The translations under genes and the position numbers were made by a program. The notes beneath the pieces were generated by a model. That model was not told the DNA's origin. It searched no databases and saw nothing but the letters and a program-made list of their open reading frames with translations. Positions 8,978-18,000 of a stretch of DNA of 64,000 nt are shown here, one piece after another. The stretch spans positions 40,627 to 104,626 of the forward strand of contig CAZDKI010000003.1 in the NCBI GenBank assembly GCA_964506115.1. Direction: 5' to 3'. Source of the stretch: an uncultured Candidatus Peribacteria bacterium. GTDB taxonomy: Bacteria; Patescibacteriota; Gracilibacteria; RBG-16-42-10. How positions within the stretch are numbered: position 1 is the first letter of the stretch; each line of letters starts with the position of its first letter.

Positions 8978-10096
8978 ATGTTTAAACAACTCTGGCGTGA
9001 GTTTGATTGGTGGCTATTCTACAGCGCTGTAGTACTCAGTCTTTTTGGCCTGGTTGTTTTGGTGGGACATGATATTGGTAGCAATTTCTTCTCCAGTATA
9101 TCCAGTAAACAAATTGCCTTCTTAGTCGTCGGTATCATTTTAGTATTTGTAGTAGGGAACAGTGACTATAGAACTTGGCGGACACCAGCATATGCTTTTT
9201 ATGGCTTATCACTAGCAATTCTACTAGCAGTATTGCTATTTGGCGTAACCCGAAATGGTACTCGAGGATGGTTTGAGCTCGGCCCATTACAATTACAACC
9301 TTCGGAATTGATGAAAATACCATTCATCATTATGTTGGCACGCTATTGGAGCAAAAAATCCTTCCACTCTATTCGTGATGTTTTGATATCACTACTTATC
9401 CTGCTTCCAGTGTTAGTCTTAATTTTAAGGCAACCAGATTTAGGAACTGCCTTAAGCTATACCACTATTTGGGTGATCATTGTTCTAGCCCTCAACTTAC
9501 CACTAAAACAAATTATTACCTTCATGATCGCCGGCATTGCCTTTGCCAGTATCTCCCTTCTAGCTTTACTCCAAGTAGTTGGTCATGATAGTTATCAATT
9601 TCAACGAATATCAGTTTATCCTGATCATCTATTCCTTACATCACTTCACCATCGTGATAGTGGATATCAAGTCGACCAAGCTCTGATTGCAATTGGTTCA
9701 GGTAAAGGTTTAGGGGCTGGCGTAGGCAGAGGATGGCAAGCTAGACTAAATTATCTACCGGTAAAAGAGTCTGACTTTATTTTTGCTAATATAGCTGAAT
9801 CGATGGGATTTTTAGGTGCTTCGATTTTGATACTACTTTTTGTTTTATTTTTACTGAGAACAATTCGCGTAGCTACCATTGCTCAAGATGCTTTTGGTAA
9901 GTTGATGGCAACTGGCTTGTTAGGTATGTTTTTCTTTCACATGCTCGAAAACATAGGCATGAATATTGGCTTGCTGCCGGTCACAGGAGTTCCTCTGTCA
10001 TTTGTGAGCTATGGCGGTAGTCACATGATAACCGCTTATATAGGCCTAGGTTTACTAGAGAGCATTATCATGAGACACAAAAAAATCAAATTCTAA
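8978..10096 (+). CDS. FtsW/RodA/SpoVE (SEDS) family peptidoglycan polymerase
   Basis: 372 aa, multi-TM. LQPSELMKIPFII, RQPDLGTAL and DFIFANIAESMGFLGA blocks typical of SEDS proteins. Only 7 nt after rplS. Confidence 0.85.
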   Translation: MFKQLWREFDWWLFYSAVVLSLFGLVVLVGHDIGSNFFSSISSKQIAFLVVGIILVFVVGNSDYRTWRTPAYAFYGLSLAILLAVLLFGVTRNGTRGWFELGPLQLQPSELMKIPFIIMLARYWSKKSFHSIRDVLISLLILLPVLVLILRQPDLGTALSYTTIWVIIVLALNLPLKQIITFMIAGIAFASISLLALLQVVGHDSYQFQRISVYPDHLFLTSLHHRDSGYQVDQALIAIGSGKGLGAGVGRGWQARLNYLPVKESDFIFANIAESMGFLGASILILLFVLFLLRTIRVATIAQDAFGKLMATGLLGMFFFHMLENIGMNIGLLPVTGVPLSFVSYGGSHMITAYIGLGLLESIIMRHKKIKF

Positions 10097-10110
10097 AGCC
10101 ATTTTCCTTG

Positions 10111-10139
10111 TTGACATCGCCGCTTCGCTATGCTTAGAT
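10111..10139 (+). promoter_or_regulatory. putative promoter (TTGACA-17-TTAGAT) upstream of hup
   Basis: Perfect -35 TTGACA at 10111-10116, a 17-nt spacer and TTAGAT at 10134-10139. The leader contains the inverted repeat CTATAT-N7-ATATAG (about 10155-10173). Confidence 0.35.
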
Positions 10140-10207
10140 GGCTTCGGTATGCTATCTATATCAATCGAATATAGATAAATTTATATGCTGAAAAGGAGGT
10201 GACCAAC

Positions 10208-10483
10208 ATGACTAAACAAGATCTCATCAATTCAATTGCTACACAAGCAAAAGTTACAAAGAATGCAGCTGCATCAGCTCTTTCTGCTGTTTTAGATTCT
10301 ATTTCTAAAACTTTGTCTAAAGGTGGTAAGGTAACTATCACTGGTTTCGGTACATTCAGCGTAAGTAAACGCAATGCACGTACTGGTGTTAACCCTCGCA
10401 ACCCAACTCAAAAGATCAAGATCCCTGCTATGAAGACTCCACATTTCAAAGCTGGTAAATCTCTCAAAGAATCTGTACGTTAA
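10208..10483 (+). CDS. hup: DNA-binding protein HU
   Basis: MTKQDLINSIA ... GFGTFSVSKRNARTGVNPRNPTQKIKIPAMKTPHFKAGKSLKE. GGAGG at 10195-10199 lies 8 nt before the ATG at 10208. The track start at 10199 is a GTG inside the RBS. Confidence 0.92.
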   Translation: MTKQDLINSIATQAKVTKNAAASALSAVLDSISKTLSKGGKVTITGFGTFSVSKRNARTGVNPRNPTQKIKIPAMKTPHFKAGKSLKESVR

Positions 10484-10506
10484 TCAGATTTTTGATCAAG
10501 ACGCCT

Positions 10507-10544
10507 AAGAATTCCCAAAGGGTTTGTGCCTTAGGGAATTTTTA
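10507..10544 (+). terminator. possible intrinsic terminator after hup
   Basis: AATTCCC (10510-10516) pairs with GGGAATT (10534-10540) and is followed by a T run. The loop is long (17 nt), so this is only moderate. Confidence 0.35.
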
Positions 10545-10599
10545 GGTTAGGGACATATATTGCAAAATCTGCTATTGTTGAAAATCAAAATTATTATCA

Positions 10600-11262
10600 A
10601 TGACCCGAATAGCAGACATATTAGGTGTTCCACCAGGATTGGAAGGTTTGCACGATGTAGTCATGAAAGAGCAAATGCGACATGATGCATTTCGTAATCT
10701 TCTTAGACATGTCCTTAAGGACTATCCCACTTCCCACAACAACTTCGGGACTATAGTTAATCTTGGCTGTCGAAGCGGATCAGACACTGATGACATCGAC
10801 ACAGTTTTTAGTGAAAGAGGCCAAACATATCAACACATTGCTATCGATTGTGATTCTCGAGAAATTGATTACGCAAAAACTGCTCACCCTAGTCCTCACA
10901 CAACCTACATTGATGACAATGCTGCTGATCCTACAGTAAAAAAACACTACCCACCATACATTGATTTAGTATTACTGAGACATCCTGAAATTTTCACTGG
11001 TAATGAAGATATTTGGTTCGACATGGTTCTGCACGCTTGGAGTCGAACCCATGACCGAAGTCAAATCCTGATTACGTTATATAATGATAAAGAATATCAA
11101 CTAATACAGAAAACATTTGCACGTTTGCCAAACAGTAAAATTACAGAAGTGGGGATTAATCCACTCAGAAACAGTGAGCTAACTCAGTGGAATCATCGAA
11201 CTGACACCTTGAATTGCCCTGATCACTTCTTAGTAAGGCTAAAAAAAGACGATTGTAAATAA
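10600..11262 (+). CDS. hypothetical protein, possibly a class I SAM-methyltransferase fold
   Basis: 220 aa. IVNLGCRSGSD resembles motif I (xLDxGCGxG). HIAIDCDSREIDYAK and DLVLLRHPE resemble motifs II/III. Weak, motif-level only. Confidence 0.4.
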   Translation: MTRIADILGVPPGLEGLHDVVMKEQMRHDAFRNLLRHVLKDYPTSHNNFGTIVNLGCRSGSDTDDIDTVFSERGQTYQHIAIDCDSREIDYAKTAHPSPHTTYIDDNAADPTVKKHYPPYIDLVLLRHPEIFTGNEDIWFDMVLHAWSRTHDRSQILITLYNDKEYQLIQKTFARLPNSKITEVGINPLRNSELTQWNHRTDTLNCPDHFLVRLKKDDCK

Positions 11263-11277
11263 TTGCTCCCAAAGGTA

Positions 11278-11305
11278 TTGCAATTGTAACTCTCTTCGTT
11301 ATAAT
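11278..11305 (+). promoter_or_regulatory. putative promoter of the tRNA-Gly/tRNA-Pro unit (TTGCAA-16-TATAAT)
   Basis: TTGCAA at 11278-11283, a 16-nt spacer and TATAAT at 11300-11305. The -10 element ends 12 nt before the tRNA-Gly 5' end. Confidence 0.5.
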
Positions 11306-11317
11306 CCTTCTGCCTTT

Positions 11318-11391
11318 GCGGGTATAGTATAGCGGTATTATGACTGCCTTCCAAGCAGTAGAGATGGGTTCAATTCCCATTACCCGCTCCA
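11318..11391 (+). tRNA. tRNA-Gly (anticodon UCC), CCA encoded
   Basis: Acceptor GCGGGTA/TACCCGC. Anticodon stem ACTGC/GCAGT with loop CTTCCAA (TCC). T arm ATGGG-TTCAATT-CCCAT. 3' TCCA. Confidence 0.9.
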
Positions 11392-11437
11392 CGAACGCAA
11401 TGCGTTCGAAGAATAGGTATAAGAATGAGAATAAGAC
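11392..11437 (+). repeat. tRNA 3' trailer module (CCA-abutting GC hairpin + AAGAAT(A/G)-type AT-rich repeats)
   Basis: CGAACGC-AAT-GCGTTCG perfect hairpin at 11392-11408, then AAGAATAGGTATAAGAATGAGAATAAG. Same layout as the trailers of tRNA-Pro and tRNA-Arg. Confidence 0.6.
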
Positions 11438-11478
11438 TTAAAACTTCCTTATTCAAATACTAATTCTCATTCAAACAT

Positions 11479-11555
11479 CGGGGTATGGCTCAGTTGGCTA
11501 GAGCGCCTGCTTTGGGAGCAGGAAGTCGCAGGTTCGAGTCCTGCTACCCCGACCA
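11479..11555 (+). tRNA. tRNA-Pro (anticodon UGG), CCA encoded
   Basis: Acceptor CGGGGTA/TACCCCG. D arm GCTC-AGTTGGCTA-GAGC. Anticodon stem CCTGC/GCAGG with loop TTTGGGA. T arm GCAGG-TTCGAGT-CCTGC. 3' ACCA. Confidence 0.92.
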
Positions 11556-11648
11556 CGATCGCTTATTCTAAAACTTATTCTCATTCTAATTCTAAGAATG
11601 CTATTTAATCGCGATCGAAGAATAAGTATCAGAATAAAAATAAGAAAC
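11556..11648 (+). repeat. tRNA 3' trailer module (homologous to the tRNA-Arg trailer)
   Basis: Starts with CGATCGC directly after CCA. The core ...TCATTCTAATTCTAAGAATGCTATTTAATCGCGATCGAAGAATAAG aligns with 57413-57475 (...TCTCAATCTTATTCTAAGACTGCTATTTGAGTGCGATCGAAGAATGAG). Confidence 0.65.
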
Positions 11649-11787
11649 CTCTAGTAGACTACTAAAGATAGTATTTAAGCTTACGCTGACAACTGTTTAT
11701 AGTTCCTTAAAATAGAAAGAAGTTTCAATCTGTGATTAAATTACCTTATATCTTCAGTTACTCATTTACTCTTTTAACTACACTACT

Positions 11788-11958
11788 ATGAAAAACTCAT
11801 CTAATAAGAAAGTAAGTTCTCAGCAAAATAATCATGCTGTGCAAACTGCACAGGGTAATAGAGAAGCACAGGTAAAATTGCATGCCCAAAAACAAACACG
11901 CAAAATGGGTCAACGATCAAGTGGTAATCGTGGTAAAGATGCTTCTAACCACAGTTAA
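11788..11958 (+). CDS. possible small basic protein (56 aa), hypothetical
   Basis: Below the track's size cut-off. Hand translation gives MKNSSNKKVSSQQNNHAVQTAQGNREAQVKLHAQKQTRKMGQRSSGNRGKDASNHS then a stop. It sits in an otherwise empty 415-nt gap. No clear RBS. Confidence 0.2.
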   Translation: MKNSSNKKVSSQQNNHAVQTAQGNREAQVKLHAQKQTRKMGQRSSGNRGKDASNHS

Positions 11959-11972
11959 TTAACCAGCAACAG

Positions 11973-12539
11973 CTACCTTGATTTATCGGAGGTCTGACTT
12001 ATTTGCTTCCGATAAATCAAGGTATCATAACCGTGTTTTACTTTGTCTTCTTCTTTTACTCCTAAAGTGCTTAAAAAATGCCATAGGTTGGCTAATTCGT
12101 TGTCAGTTCCAGACTCATTATCTACTAGTTTTTCCACCTCAACAAAAACACCTAAACCATCTACTTCATCGGCACAAATAGTGATCTGATCTAAATGATA
12201 TTCATGGCGTTTCTTCTTCACCTGCAAAGCAGGACTAAAACCAATAGCAGCCAGAATTTTTATCAATTCAGCAGCATTTTCAACTATTGTTTCATGCTCG
12301 ATACCAATTGATTCATTCTTGGGTTTCTGTTTCATGCCAAAAATAAATTGCCCATTCTGATCGCGAATACGCATGACGGGCATGCCAGGGATTAGTTCAC
12401 CATAGAGCATTCCCGTTGGAAGAAATATCGTATCAGATTGCATTAATTCCTTTTCCTTTTGCGCCCCCAGAGTCTCCAACTGTTTCAACAATTCGGCGTA
12501 AGAGCCATGAAAATATGCCTTTACTTCAATCTCTACCAT
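11973..12539 (-). CDS. CYTH domain protein (class IV adenylate cyclase / triphosphatase fold)
   Basis: 188 aa. Starts MVEIEVKAYF, the EIEVK motif that opens CYTH/CyaB proteins. Acidic beta-strand pattern throughout. Confidence 0.7.
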   Translation of the reverse strand: MVEIEVKAYFHGSYAELLKQLETLGAQKEKELMQSDTIFLPTGMLYGELIPGMPVMRIRDQNGQFIFGMKQKPKNESIGIEHETIVENAAELIKILAAIGFSPALQVKKKRHEYHLDQITICADEVDGLGVFVEVEKLVDNESGTDNELANLWHFLSTLGVKEEDKVKHGYDTLIYRKQISQTSDKSR

Positions 12540-12632
12540 AATGCTGATTAATTGACTTGATCATAGCAAAGTGTGGACAAAAGAGACTAGTGTTAGGTAC
12601 TCTTCAGAAAACTAGAAAGTTAATTTAATACA

Positions 12633-12998
12633 ATGCTCAAGATTTCAGCTATGGTAATTGGCGTCAAATCTCTTACCCAATCCCGTTCATTTTACGAACA
12701 AGTACTAGGTATTACTTTTAGTGAATTCCGTCCGCCTTTTGCATCATTTTTCTTGGATGGAGTGGAATTCAATATTGAAGAAAATAGCAAGCATCGTGAT
12801 GAGTCATGGGGTAAAAATTATATTAGCGGTAGGAAAGGGATTACTTTTGCAGTAAATGACATCGAGCAATTTCTTGCTCAAACGAAAGCTTTTCACGCCC
12901 AAATTATTCAACACCCACAAAAGAAACCTTGGGGTTGGATAGAAGCCGTGATTGCTGATCCAGACGGTAATGAATTTTTAATCGAACAAGAAGCTTAA
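12633..12998 (+). CDS. VOC (glyoxalase fold) family protein
   Basis: 121 aa. GVKSLTQSRSFYEQVLGITF ... VIADPDGNEFLIEQ is the typical VOC pattern. Confidence 0.6.
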   Translation: MLKISAMVIGVKSLTQSRSFYEQVLGITFSEFRPPFASFFLDGVEFNIEENSKHRDESWGKNYISGRKGITFAVNDIEQFLAQTKAFHAQIIQHPQKKPWGWIEAVIADPDGNEFLIEQEA

Positions 12999-13103
12999 TT
13001 AATCACTACTTAAGTAGCTTAAAATATTGACTTTACTGTGCTAAAGGGTATAGTAAAACATTAAAATCAAAATTCCCCAATAGTAGATCATAATCAAGAA
13101 TAT

Positions 13104-15014
13104 ATGCAGAAATTAACTATCGGCATCGGAGCTGTAATCGCCACCACTATTATTGCAGGAATAGTCATTGTTCCCAATCTCGCTTCCTCTCAAACTCCGA
13201 CTGACTCACCTTCAGAAATTACTACAAGTACAGAGAGCATCACAGCCACAAGCGTAAAACTTTTGAAACCAGCAACAGCCCCTTCAAATAATCAACCAAT
13301 ACAGCTCAATTTGCGTGGGAAAATTGTGTCAGATGGCAATATTCGTTTAACTGCTACCACAGGAGCTACTATCAAATCTATTGCTGTCAAAAGAGGGGAT
13401 ACTGTACACAAAGGAGATGTATTAATGAACTTGGGCGGTAGTAAAGAAAACAAGCACCCACTAGAGATTGCTTATGAACAAGCGGTATTAAGCAAGCAAA
13501 ACATTGAAACTAGTTTAGCTAATGCTACCAGCTCTACCGGTATTGCTATTCGCCAAGCAGAGCAACAACGCATTGCTCTCAATATTTCGGTTAGTCAGCT
13601 CCAAAAAACACTTGAGTTGACTAGAAATGCCGGTAGCTTTGCTGTTCAGGGCGCCAATCTCGCTTTAAATAACCTGCAAAATACAGTCACAAGAACCCAA
13701 GATCTTCGTAATCTTTCTGGCAATTTAGCTAGCGTAAGTATTGAACAAGCGCAAGAGTTGGCACAACTTTCAATTCAGAATACATCAAGGTCATTGCTAG
13801 TCAGCCTACAAGGGACAGTAATCCCTTTATTAGAGGGCATTAAAAGCGTCAGTAGCAATAATAGCATCCGAGAAAATTTGGATGATGTTAAAAATATTGT
13901 CGATAAATTAGATGATTTCAAAGACGTTTCTGATCACAGAGTTCCCAGCGAGATCAATGATATTACTGATATCCTCTATGATCTGATGGATAGCATCGAA
14001 GATATTAGTATCAATGTCACTCGAATTGATACTGCTGCAGCTAAGCCTTTAGTCGATGCTTGGAGACAATTGAGCGGCACAGTCACCAGCTCAGTAGCTG
14101 TTTCAATTACTCAACTCTCCACCACGAGAAATCAAATCGAGAATGCTCCTACCAATAGGGATATCCAACTAGCAACACCTGACAATCAAATCAGTGCCAG
14201 CCAAGATCAACAACGTGTTCTAGAAATGGCTATTGCACAAGCTCAAAATGCTGGCGCCTTACAAGAACAAGCTATCAATGGTCAAATCCAAACTTTAGAA
14301 CAACAAAAATTAAGTGCTAATTTAGCAATTGAGGCGGCAAAAGCCGGAGCAAAAACTCAAAGAGATAGTATCCAAGGGCAGCTCAGTATCGCTGAGAAAC
14401 AATTAGAACAAGCACAGATTCAGCTGAGCCAACTAACTCTGATTGCTAGTATGGATGGTTATGTCGTAGATGTCCCTGTCAGCCTCAATGAAGATGTCAG
14501 TATTGGTCGTGAATTACTTACTATTTATGGTAGCAGACCAGATTTTATCCGTTTAAGTGTCTCTCCCAGTGATCGTGATCATATTCAGGTAGGGGATCAA
14601 TTAATGGTTAGCTTAAACAACAGTACTACTGAGATTCCTGCAATCATCGATAAAATTGCGGTTGTTAGTGACACTACTGGCAATATTCCAGTGGATTGTG
14701 TATTTGAAGCCGAAATTGTATTACCTATGGGCTTTGTTCCTGGAAGTAATGTTCAAGCTAGAACCACATTGACTACTAGTGATGCCCCCACTCAACCACA
14801 AAATCACTTTGTACCAGTGAGCGCGATTGTTATCGATGGTGGTCAGACCTATGTATGGCTCTACCAATCTGGGATAGTCACCAAAAAAGCAGTGACTGTG
14901 GGACCTAGTCAAAATGACCAGGTCAGTATCTTTGATCAACTTAATTGGAGTGAAGTCATAATTAATCCTAGTCCAGTACTAGAAGAAGGACAGGCAGTAA
15001 CTGTGACCAATTAG
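13104..15014 (+). CDS. efflux periplasmic adaptor (HlyD/MFP family) with a very long alpha-helical hairpin
   Basis: 636 aa. N-terminal TM anchor. Split lipoyl-like motif (ATIKSIAVKRGDTVHKGDVLMNL ... IASMDGYVVDVPVSLNEDVSIGRELLTIY) separated by about 330 aa of Q/L/A-rich coiled coil. Beta-barrel-like C-terminus. Confidence 0.8.
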   Translation: MQKLTIGIGAVIATTIIAGIVIVPNLASSQTPTDSPSEITTSTESITATSVKLLKPATAPSNNQPIQLNLRGKIVSDGNIRLTATTGATIKSIAVKRGDTVHKGDVLMNLGGSKENKHPLEIAYEQAVLSKQNIETSLANATSSTGIAIRQAEQQRIALNISVSQLQKTLELTRNAGSFAVQGANLALNNLQNTVTRTQDLRNLSGNLASVSIEQAQELAQLSIQNTSRSLLVSLQGTVIPLLEGIKSVSSNNSIRENLDDVKNIVDKLDDFKDVSDHRVPSEINDITDILYDLMDSIEDISINVTRIDTAAAKPLVDAWRQLSGTVTSSVAVSITQLSTTRNQIENAPTNRDIQLATPDNQISASQDQQRVLEMAIAQAQNAGALQEQAINGQIQTLEQQKLSANLAIEAAKAGAKTQRDSIQGQLSIAEKQLEQAQIQLSQLTLIASMDGYVVDVPVSLNEDVSIGRELLTIYGSRPDFIRLSVSPSDRDHIQVGDQLMVSLNNSTTEIPAIIDKIAVVSDTTGNIPVDCVFEAEIVLPMGFVPGSNVQARTTLTTSDAPTQPQNHFVPVSAIVIDGGQTYVWLYQSGIVTKKAVTVGPSQNDQVSIFDQLNWSEVIINPSPVLEEGQAVTVTN

Positions 15015-15016
15015 GT

Positions 15017-18000
15017 ATGAGCACTAAAAAAGATTTTAATTACCGGATTACTGAGTTTTTCCTCAATAACTCCCGGTTTACTATTCTTACCGTTATTTTG
15101 TTTTTACTGATTAGTAGCATTGCTCTATTGAGTTTAAAAACTACGGGATTTCCTAGTCCAAAAGTCAATTTAGCAGTTATTAGTACGATTTATCCTGGAG
15201 CATCATCTGAAGTAGTCTCACGAGACATTACTAAACCAATCGAAGGTGCAATCAAAAGTATTAGTGGTATTGAAACCTATACATCGGTCAGCCGAAACTC
15301 TAGTTCCACAGTTAGTGTCACTATTGAAAGTAACGCTGATGCCGATAGTGTCCAAAGTAAAATCAGTACTGCTATCCGTAGTGTCAAACTACCTACGGGA
15401 GTAGATGATCCTCAAATCATAGTGCCTACGGTAGGCAGCCCAGATTTTATCATTTCGCTAGCTGCTAGCGATAAAGAGAAACTTTATCACAACTGGGATC
15501 AGTTACGTGACAGTCTCAATGAGATTCCAGAAACAAGCAGCATTACACCTTTGGCTGAGCTCAAACAGAGAGTACTGATCAGTCTCAATTTGCCAGCAAT
15601 CAATAATAGCGGTTTAACTGTCGAAGAAATTCAAAGACAAGTAAGCAGCATCGGCGAAACTTTGCCTGTTATCAGTAATACCACGCTTGATGGTGAAAGT
15701 CAGACTATTTCTACCAAGCTAGCTGGAGATGACATCGACACTCTCAAACAACTCAAAATTTATACCAGCGCTAACTCAGCTCGAGGCACTGCTAGCTCCA
15801 GTATTCCTTTAAGTGATCTAGCTCAGGTAAATATTGATTACTACTTTGAAGGCAACGCTATTAGTTATGTAGGTATCAGAACAGAAGAAGCTGAGCAAGT
15901 ATTACCAGCTTTAGTAGTTACTATTAGGGCAGCAGAAAGTGCAGACAAAAATGCTTACGAAGAAGAACTACTAGCTAAAGCAGCTGAATTACCAGAAATT
16001 AGTGTCGTCAACAGACCATGGAGCATTGATGAGCACAAACCAGTACTGATGATTACCAATCTCGCTTCAACTGACAGTACCAAAGAACAGGTACATGAAG
16101 TAGTGAGTGGTTTGATTGGTAGCAGACTCAAAACCAATAGCCCTTGGGCTAATCTTGGTTGGTTGTTGGGTGGTATTCAATTGGTGTTCTTAGCAATGCT
16201 GATATTCGTCTCCTGGCGTGCGGCTATTGTATCCGCTTTGGCAATTCCTTTGAGTTTACTTTTCTCACTGGTATACCTGTTTTTCATTGGTGAAAGCTTG
16301 AATACTCTAGTGCTTTTTTCTTTAGTTTTGGTATTGGGATTAGTAGTAGATCCTGCTTTAGTAATTTTAGAAAGTATTCAAAGACAAATAGATCTGGGTC
16401 ATCGAGGGAAGGACGCAGCCCTATTAGCAGTAAAAGATGTAGGCGGGGGTTTATTCTTGGCAGCATTGACCAATATCATTGTCTTTGCTCCATTCGGGAT
16501 CATTTCTGGTATTTTAGGACAAATCTTTGGCTATATTCCACTTACAATTATTCCTGCAACAATTGGATCATACATCGTACCATTGGTTATTTTGGCTTGG
16601 ATTGGTAGCAGCTTCCTCAAGCCGACCAAAGGCAAAGGCCATGACGAAGAAAAAAACCTTTGGGGTATAGCGCAAGGATTGATTAAACTAAACTATCGTA
16701 TCCTCCATAGCCCTATCTGGGTAAGGCTGCTCATTATCATTATTGCTCTCGTAACTCCATTCATGGTTACTGGTTCACTGATTGGCAGCGGGAAAATCGC
16801 TTTCGTCCAATTTGCTAGTAGTCAAAATAGTAAATATCTAGTTGTATCGGGTACATTTTTACCAACAAAAAATTCCACCGAGACTCAAGCCATCAGACGT
16901 CAAATTGCGGAAATTATTGCCAGTAATCCTTATGTAAAACAAGTATTTCCCTTGTCACGATCTCTCAGTCTGCAGGTAGAATTACTACCGGCAGAAGAAC
17001 GTCCTGGAACTGTGTCGGTGAATATTGCTAAAGAATTAGAACAAAAAATTACCACTAAATTTGCTCCTTACTTTTTTGATTTACGTGTAAGCGTACAAGG
17101 TAATGGTCCTCCCGCTTCAGCCTTTAAGATTTCTCTGGCAGTAAAAACTGATGATTTAGTTGTATTAGAAAAATCAGCTAAAGCTGTAGGTGAGACACTA
17201 GCAGCAGCTTGCAAAAAAGAAAATACAATTATTATTGACCAACAGTGTGCAGCAACAAATAAACTGATTACTCGGGTAGACAATGGCTATGATGGCAAAG
17301 AAAATAAAGCACTCGATATCACTATTGATCGCAATGAACTATATAATCAACAATTTGTAGCACCGAGTGGCCCATTAACCGGATTACTCAATCAACAAGT
17401 GAAACGTCTTTTCAATGTCGGTGATGATAGGAAGATAGCTTCCATCAAAGTAGATGGTGAAGACACTGAAGTATTCCTAGATAAACAATCATTAGATCCA
17501 GGACAAGCACAGGATTTAGGCATGGCTTTAGTAAAAAACACTGTCGGTGATGCCTACAATATTAGTGCAATTGCTGCTCTGGTGCCTAATCTACCCAAAG
17601 ATACTATTCAAGGTGTGAAAGGACAAACAGTAGGTGTAGTCCAAGGCAGAATTCGAGATGAAGACAATAATGAAAGCGTATCGGCTCAGATCACGCAAGC
17701 AGTGGTTAAATTTTATCAAGACAACGACTTTGCTGAAACTAAAAAATTAGGCCTAAGTACCAATAGTATTGAGCAGTATAGCGAAGGTAGTAGTGCCGGT
17801 TTTGCTAAATCATTTCAAGAGCTTTTGCTAGCATTATTGTTAGCCATTGTTATGAGCTATTTTGTTCTAGCTATATTCTTTGGCTCACTGGGACAACCAC
17901 TAGTTATTCTTTTTACAGTTCCATTAACTTTTCTGGGTGTATTTCCAGCCTTAGCAAGTTTCACTACTGGTGAATTTGGATTCTTAGAAATTATCGGTTT

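Noticed and set aside
11165-11392. 75-aa minus-strand ORF.
   Set aside because: It is the reverse translation of tRNA-Gly and its promoter region, so it is spurious.
11392-11700. Possible CRISPR array, because of recurring AT-rich words near the tRNAs.
   Set aside because: There are no regularly spaced identical direct repeats with unique spacers. The repeats are imperfect, self-complementary and tied to tRNA 3' ends. No cas genes are in the window.
12999-13103. 12-nt palindrome CTACTTAAGTAG after the VOC gene, as a possible terminator or operator.
   Set aside because: It is too short, has no loop and no T run. This is expected by chance in AT-rich DNA.
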